A stretch of 41,634 bases of DNA from the NCBI GenBank assembly GCA_947624115.1, contig CANQIS010000002.1:1-41634 (forward strand), read 5' to 3'. Source of the stretch: an uncultured Bacilli bacterium. GTDB taxonomy: Bacteria > Bacillota_I > Bacilli_A > RF39 > UBA660. Position numbers and translations under genes: made by a program. This document shows, in pieces, positions 37,125 through 41,634 of the stretch (position 1 is its first letter; each line of letters opens with the position of its first letter). The notes under the pieces are model-generated. The model was given only the letters and a program-made list of their open reading frames with translations, was not told the DNA's origin and searched no databases.

Positions 37125-37616
37125 ATGAAAATTTTAACATATTTAGCAGTTTTTATATCAAAAATTATTGAAAATGCTCTTTCTACTTTAAGATTAATTG
37201 TCGTAGCCAAAGGAAAAAAAATATTTGGAGCCATTTTACAATTTATTATTGCCTTTGTTTGGGTTATTACAACAGGTATAGTTGTGACTAATATTAAAGA
37301 AGATCCTTTAAAAGTTGTCTTTTTTGCCTTAGGATCACTAATAGGTTCTTATATTGGCAGTTTAGTTGAAGAAAAAATCGCATTAGGCAATGATAAAATA
37401 ACTATTATAAGTAAAAATAATTATGATAAAATCTTTAAAGATCTAGTTAATCATAATTATTCTGTTAATAAAATTACTAGTGAAACTTACCATAATAATA
37501 TCATTATGTTAATAATTATCAACAAAAAGAAAAAAAGAAATGAAATTTTAGATATAATAAAAAAAATAGATAATGAAGCTTTTATCTACATTGAATCCAT
37601 AAAAATTTATCAATAG
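37125..37616 (+). CDS. UPF0316-family membrane protein (DUF2179-containing)
   Basis: The N-terminal segment KIIENALSTLRLIVVAKGKK and its 3 TM helices are typical of UPF0316 proteins, with a C-terminal DUF2179-like domain. SD GGAGG lies upstream of the ATG at 37125. Confidence 0.75.
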   Translation: MKILTYLAVFISKIIENALSTLRLIVVAKGKKIFGAILQFIIAFVWVITTGIVVTNIKEDPLKVVFFALGSLIGSYIGSLVEEKIALGNDKITIISKNNYDKIFKDLVNHNYSVNKITSETYHNNIIMLIIINKKKKRNEILDIIKKIDNEAFIYIESIKIYQ

Positions 37617-38266
37617 TTATTTATTAATTTATACGATTTATCACTTATAATATAATATGGTTCTATTATCTTATTTTTAATAAATAAAAGTTTATCCTTA
37701 TTATTTATATTAAAAATAAAAATATCTTTTTTCTTATCTATAAAATCTATATAATTGTAACTATATAAACAGAAATCAAAATTATCAATTTTCTTATTTA
37801 TATTCATTAAATATCCTATAATTAAACCACATTTATACTTTGGATATTTAGATTTTATTTTAATCATTAATTTATAATTAAAACTACAAATATAAATATT
37901 TAAATGTTTATATTTTTTTATTACATTAAATAAATTAATAATTACATCATCAAAATCATTACTTTCTTCTTTTATTTCAATAACTAATATTTTTTTATTT
38001 TTAATACTTTTTAATACATCATCCAACATAGATAAATCATTATTTATTTTTTTTAACTCTTTTAAAGTTTTATTTTTAATTAGATAAAATATTCCATTGT
38101 CTTCTATCAACATATTATGATATAAAATAAACTTTTTATCTTTTGTCATTCTAATATCAAACTCAACACCAGCTATATAGTTTTTCATTAAAGATTGCTC
38201 AATAGCGTCTTTTGTATTTTCTAAAAAACAATGATCATCTATTCCTCTATGTGATATAAATTCCAT
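37610..38266 (-). CDS. Glycerophosphodiester phosphodiesterase family protein
   Basis: It has the GDPD N-terminal motifs ISHRG...ENT and EFDIRMTKDKKFILYHN. Its 3' end overlaps the convergent gene by 7 nt. Confidence 0.75.
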   Translation of the reverse strand: MEFISHRGIDDHCFLENTKDAIEQSLMKNYIAGVEFDIRMTKDKKFILYHNMLIEDNGIFYLIKNKTLKELKKINNDLSMLDDVLKSIKNKKILVIEIKEESNDFDDVIINLFNVIKKYKHLNIYICSFNYKLMIKIKSKYPKYKCGLIIGYLMNINKKIDNFDFCLYSYNYIDFIDKKKDIFIFNINNKDKLLFIKNKIIEPYYIISDKSYKLINNY

Positions 38267-38313
38267 ACAATCACCTAAAAAATAAGCAATAACTCGCTTA
38301 TTTTAATATATTA

Positions 38314-38991
38314 TTATTTTAATAATTTTATGACATACTGATATACTTCATTATTAATTTCTTCAATTGACTTTAAATTATTATTTTCAACACATTCTAT
38401 TGTTTTAAAATTATATTTATTAGCTAATAAAAAATATGTATCTTCTACTTTTGATTGATATTCGATATCTTTTTCATTTTGATCAGCCTTTTCCCCTCTT
38501 TTATTTGCTAATTTAGTTGTATATAATGTTGGCATGTGTAGAAATATATTAATATCGCTTTTTGGCAACTCTAATAATTCAAATTCTAATTTTTCTATCC
38601 ACTTAAAGAAATTAATTCTTTCTAAATCATTTTTTAATTTAGCACCTTGTAAAGCCATATTAGAGTATGTATAACGATCTAATATAACATTAGTTCCATT
38701 TTTTAATAAATTATTTATTGATTCAATATTATACTTTCTATCAGCGGCTAAATATAAAGAAAAAACATATGGATTTACATTGCTTGCACCCTCTTCAAAA
38801 TAACCATCACAAACTGAATCTTTTCCTAAAATTGGACCAGCTACAATTTTTCCTGTAGCCGTATCATATTTTGGAAATGAAAATAACTCAACCTTAATGT
38901 TGTTAGCTTTCAATTTTTTTAATAATAACTTACTTTGTGTTTCCTTACCTGAACAATCTGTACCTTCAATAACAATTAACTTACCTATCAT
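38314..38991 (-). CDS. tmk: Thymidylate kinase
   Basis: It has a P-loop (IEGTDCSGKETQ), a DRY-like motif (LDRYTYS) and a lid region. It overlaps thyX by 11 nt. Confidence 0.9.
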   Translation of the reverse strand: MIGKLIVIEGTDCSGKETQSKLLLKKLKANNIKVELFSFPKYDTATGKIVAGPILGKDSVCDGYFEEGASNVNPYVFSLYLAADRKYNIESINNLLKNGTNVILDRYTYSNMALQGAKLKNDLERINFFKWIEKLEFELLELPKSDINIFLHMPTLYTTKLANKRGEKADQNEKDIEYQSKVEDTYFLLANKYNFKTIECVENNNLKSIEEINNEVYQYVIKLLK

Positions 38992-39760
38992 TTTTTACCT
39001 CCAATTGTTTTACTTTTGCTTTCACTGGATTTTTACAACTCATACTACCTTCACTACATTTCCCAAATACACAACTAGGACCAGCATTTTGAAATAAAAT
39101 CGGTGATATCTCCAAACATAAGTCTAACATCTGATTAGCTACCCCACGTATTTCCCACTGTGCTCTATTACAACATCTTTCACGGAAAAAATTTAATAAA
39201 CTTCTGACATTCATGGTCATAATTATTTTTGTCTCACAAGCATTAGGTAGCATAAATCTTGCATCTTCTAAAGCCTTTTTATGTGCATTATTTTCATTCA
39301 TACCATTTTTTATATATTCACACTTTAAAATATCAACTGCTTCTATATATGCCTTATAATCGTTTAACATCGAATCCATATAAATTTTTTTTAAACTATC
39401 CACATTATCAATTTCTGGTGGAATAATAACTTTAAATGAATTATTTAAATCAACATATCTTTGACTTTGTTGTGAAAAACTTGCAATCCTATGTCTCACA
39501 ATTTGATGAGAACAACTTCTACTAATACCTTCGATACCGAAAGTAAAACTAGCATGTTCTAAAGGGCTCTCGTGTCCTAAATCTAATAGTTTATTAATAA
39601 ATTTTTTTATCGCTATTTCGTCTAAATTATCTGATAAAGTTTGAATATCCGATTTGGAATAACACAACTTACCAGCACAGGCTACTAAATACTCTGGACC
39701 TTCACCATTTATACCTCTAGAAAATCCTAATAACTTAACACTTGGTTTTACTGTTTCCAT
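38981..39760 (-). CDS. thyX: Flavin-dependent thymidylate synthase ThyX
   Basis: The ThyX signature RHRIASFSQQSQRY (RHRxxSxxxxSxRY) is present. The C-terminal segment is Cys-rich (GPSCVFGKCSEGSMSC). Confidence 0.95.
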   Translation of the reverse strand: METVKPSVKLLGFSRGINGEGPEYLVACAGKLCYSKSDIQTLSDNLDEIAIKKFINKLLDLGHESPLEHASFTFGIEGISRSCSHQIVRHRIASFSQQSQRYVDLNNSFKVIIPPEIDNVDSLKKIYMDSMLNDYKAYIEAVDILKCEYIKNGMNENNAHKKALEDARFMLPNACETKIIMTMNVRSLLNFFRERCCNRAQWEIRGVANQMLDLCLEISPILFQNAGPSCVFGKCSEGSMSCKNPVKAKVKQLEVKNDR

Positions 39761-39769
39761 ATACTACCT

Positions 39770-40348
39770 CTAATCTACTATATCATTATTTTCAAAATGT
39801 ACATCTAAAAATTTTTTACTAGCTAAAAAATCACACATATGAACAAATTTCTGATATTTACCTTTAGGTAACGGCAAAACTTCCTTGCCATCATAATCCT
39901 TATTCCATTCTCCCATATGACTTTCTATACAATTACAAATAAATTCTACTTCATCATTTGTTAAAGTTAATTTATCACTATTGTCTTTAATATATTTAGA
40001 AACTAACAAAGGATGATCAAACTTTGTATACTTTTCTTGTACTAACCCCGATTTTAATCCATCATGTAACATTAAGGCTATAATAATTAAATCCTTCTCA
40101 TCAGAAGTAAACACACTTCCAATTGTATTATTTTCTAAAAGTTCATGAGCAATTCTAACTGCAACCTTAGTGTGTCTAACCAAACCTGAATCACCTAAAG
40201 CAAACTTTGGATGATATTTACCAGTAGAACTAGCCGGTACACTAAAAAAATAATCAGGTAATAAATTTACTAATACCTTAGCATTATCTTTATATTTATT
40301 ATTTTTTATATAATTATATTCTTGATTAAAAAAACTAACTTTATTCAT
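39770..40348 (-). CDS. HD-domain phosphohydrolase
   Basis: It has an H...HD metal-binding pattern (GLVRHTKVA...ALMLHDGLK...HMCDFLAS). It lies 9 nt upstream of thyX. Confidence 0.75.
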   Translation of the reverse strand: MNKVSFFNQEYNYIKNNKYKDNAKVLVNLLPDYFFSVPASSTGKYHPKFALGDSGLVRHTKVAVRIAHELLENNTIGSVFTSDEKDLIIIALMLHDGLKSGLVQEKYTKFDHPLLVSKYIKDNSDKLTLTNDEVEFICNCIESHMGEWNKDYDGKEVLPLPKGKYQKFVHMCDFLASKKFLDVHFENNDIVD

Positions 40349-40362
40349 ACTACACCTACAAT

Positions 40363-41469
40363 CTATTTAATTTGATTTACATAATCTTCATCAATCAAAT
40401 CAACTAATATTTGATTTTGAATATACATAAATTTTGGATTAATATAAATTTGTTCATTATCATCTATTAACTTATTATCATTTATTAATTTTTTAATTTG
40501 TAAAAAATCATTAATCGAATAATTATATTTTTTATAAAAAATATCTTTATCAATACCTTTTACTTTACGAAATCCTAAAATAAATTCATTTTCTATTTTT
40601 TCATTTAAAGACAATTCATGAATATTATCAAGATAATTACCCTTAAAATATTCAGTAATATTTTTAGTATTATCATATCTTTTATTATGAATATAACCAC
40701 TCGCTGATAGTCCAAATCCATAATACTCTAAATTATTCCAATAAACTAAATTATGTTTTGATTCATATCCTTTTTTAGCAAAATTACTAACTTCATAATG
40801 TTCATAACCATTTTGTTTTAACTTATTAACTATTAACTTATACATAGAATAATCCAATTCTGAATCGACATTTTGAATATTATTTATATAAAGTTTAGTA
40901 TGTGGTTCAATAATCAAAGAATATGTTGAAATATGCTCAACATCAAGACTCAAAAAAATATTAATATCTTCCTCTAAATCTTCTAAATTTTCATTTGGTA
41001 AAGCATATATTAAATCAATATTAATATTATCAAAACCAATCTTTTTAGCAAGTTTAATTTTTTTTACAACCTCTTCTTTAGTATGTTTTCTATTTAAAAA
41101 AGATAAAAATTTATCATTAAAAGTCTCTACTCCAAAACTCAATCGATTTACTTTATGATTATAGAGCATTTCTAATTTTTCTTCATTAATTGATTCAATA
41201 TTACATTCAAAAGTAAATTCAAAATTATTAGCCAATTTAAATTGTGATATAATTTTAAATAATTTTTCTAATTGCGAAATAGATAAAATACTTGGCGTTC
41301 CTCCACCAATATATAAAGTATTAACTAATTCATTAGAATAATTATTTTTAATCTCATTATCTAATTGTTCTAAATACTTATCTACCCATTCTTTATTATA
41401 TATTAATTTACAAAAATCACAATAAGAACAAATATGATCACAAAAAGGAATATGTATATATATAGAAAT
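40363..41469 (-). CDS. hemW: Radical SAM heme chaperone HemW (HemN-like, oxygen-independent coproporphyrinogen oxidase family)
   Basis: The frame stays open upstream of the track start (41235) and encodes IYIHIPFCDHICSYCDFC (a CxxxCxxC cluster) and LYIGGGTPS. No ATG, GTG or TTG is available, so the likely start is ATT (41469) or ATA (41472), just after SD AGGTGAGG. Confidence 0.85.
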   Translation of the reverse strand: MSIYIHIPFCDHICSYCDFCKLIYNKEWVDKYLEQLDNEIKNNYSNELVNTLYIGGGTPSILSISQLEKLFKIISQFKLANNFEFTFECNIESINEEKLEMLYNHKVNRLSFGVETFNDKFLSFLNRKHTKEEVVKKIKLAKKIGFDNINIDLIYALPNENLEDLEEDINIFLSLDVEHISTYSLIIEPHTKLYINNIQNVDSELDYSMYKLIVNKLKQNGYEHYEVSNFAKKGYESKHNLVYWNNLEYYGFGLSASGYIHNKRYDNTKNITEYFKGNYLDNIHELSLNEKIENEFILGFRKVKGIDKDIFYKKYNYSINDFLQIKKLINDNKLIDDNEQIYINPKFMYIQNQILVDLIDEDYVNQIK

Positions 41470-41505
41470 TATAACCTCACCTACTTTTTACTCAAAACAA
41501 TTATA

Positions 41506-41533
41506 CCAAAAAAAGATAGAATATTCTATCTCT
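41506..41533 (-). terminator. Rho-independent terminator upstream of hemW (ends the preceding minus-strand gene)
   Basis: The perfect palindrome AGATAGAATATTCTATCT (41514..41531) is followed on the minus strand by T7. Confidence 0.65.
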
Positions 41534-41634
41534 TTTACACTATTTTTTATTATTTACGTAACAGTTCAGACCCCCAAAAGAGTAAAAAATTGAAAAATAT
41601 TATCAATAGTGCTGCTTTTTCTTTTAATTTGTGA

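Noticed and set aside
37034-37234. Minus-strand 66-aa ORF overlapping the UPF0316 gene start
   Set aside because: It is antisense to a supported gene and its SD, and it overlaps the divergent promoter region.
38897-39097. Plus-strand 66-aa ORF across the thyX/tmk overlap
   Set aside because: It is a shadow ORF antisense to two conserved genes.
41434-41634. Plus-strand 66-aa ORF at the right edge
   Set aside because: It overlaps the true hemW N-terminus (radical SAM cluster) on the other strand and then runs through a terminator hairpin. A short open minus-strand frame at 41556..41634 may be the 3' end of the gene upstream of hemW, but it is too short to call.
1-41634. A Mollicutes-type genetic code (UGA = Trp), suggested by the extreme AT content
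   Set aside because: The prfB autoregulatory CTT-TGA shift site, the presence of RF2 itself, a full set of sporulation genes and long ORFs ending at TGA-compatible positions all indicate the standard bacterial code 11.

Overview
This is a 41.6-kb chromosomal segment from a very AT-rich, endospore-forming Bacillota (Firmicutes) genome. It uses the standard code 11: prfB uses an in-frame UGA as its frameshift site. Most genes lie on the minus strand in tightly coupled operons, and the order follows Bacillus-like core synteny. The core genes are ruvA; yqeG-yqeH; rny / recA / pgsA / a rodZ-like gene; an RNase P RNA beside gpsB; spoIVA; a T-box-controlled leuS; yabP-yabQ-divIC; yabG-veg-spoVG; prfB-yitT-ftsE-ftsX; yunB and yutD; RNase J; and hemW-HD-thyX-tmk. 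Several accessory or unexplained units sit inside this core. (1) Two monocistronic, orphan type IV pilin-like genes share an almost identical promoter and leader, and one of them ends in two tandem dockerin-type modules. (2) A class B sortase gene lies next to two paralogous NPKTG-anchored surface proteins that have an unassigned N-terminal domain and a Thr-rich tandem-repeat stalk. (3) A stand-alone HerA/DUF87-type ATPase has its own promoter and terminator. (4) A four-gene operon couples yunB and yutD to a DUF4015-like glycoside-hydrolase-like protein and a large polytopic GT-C-like membrane protein. (5) An IS605-family tnpB start at the left edge abuts a truncated HAD phosphatase gene. The ORF track misses or distorts five things: the RNase P RNA, the T-box leader, the prfB +1 frameshift, the non-ATG start of hemW, and several over-extended N-termini. 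I saw no CRISPR array, tRNA or rRNA. All calls come from reading motifs by eye; no searches were run.
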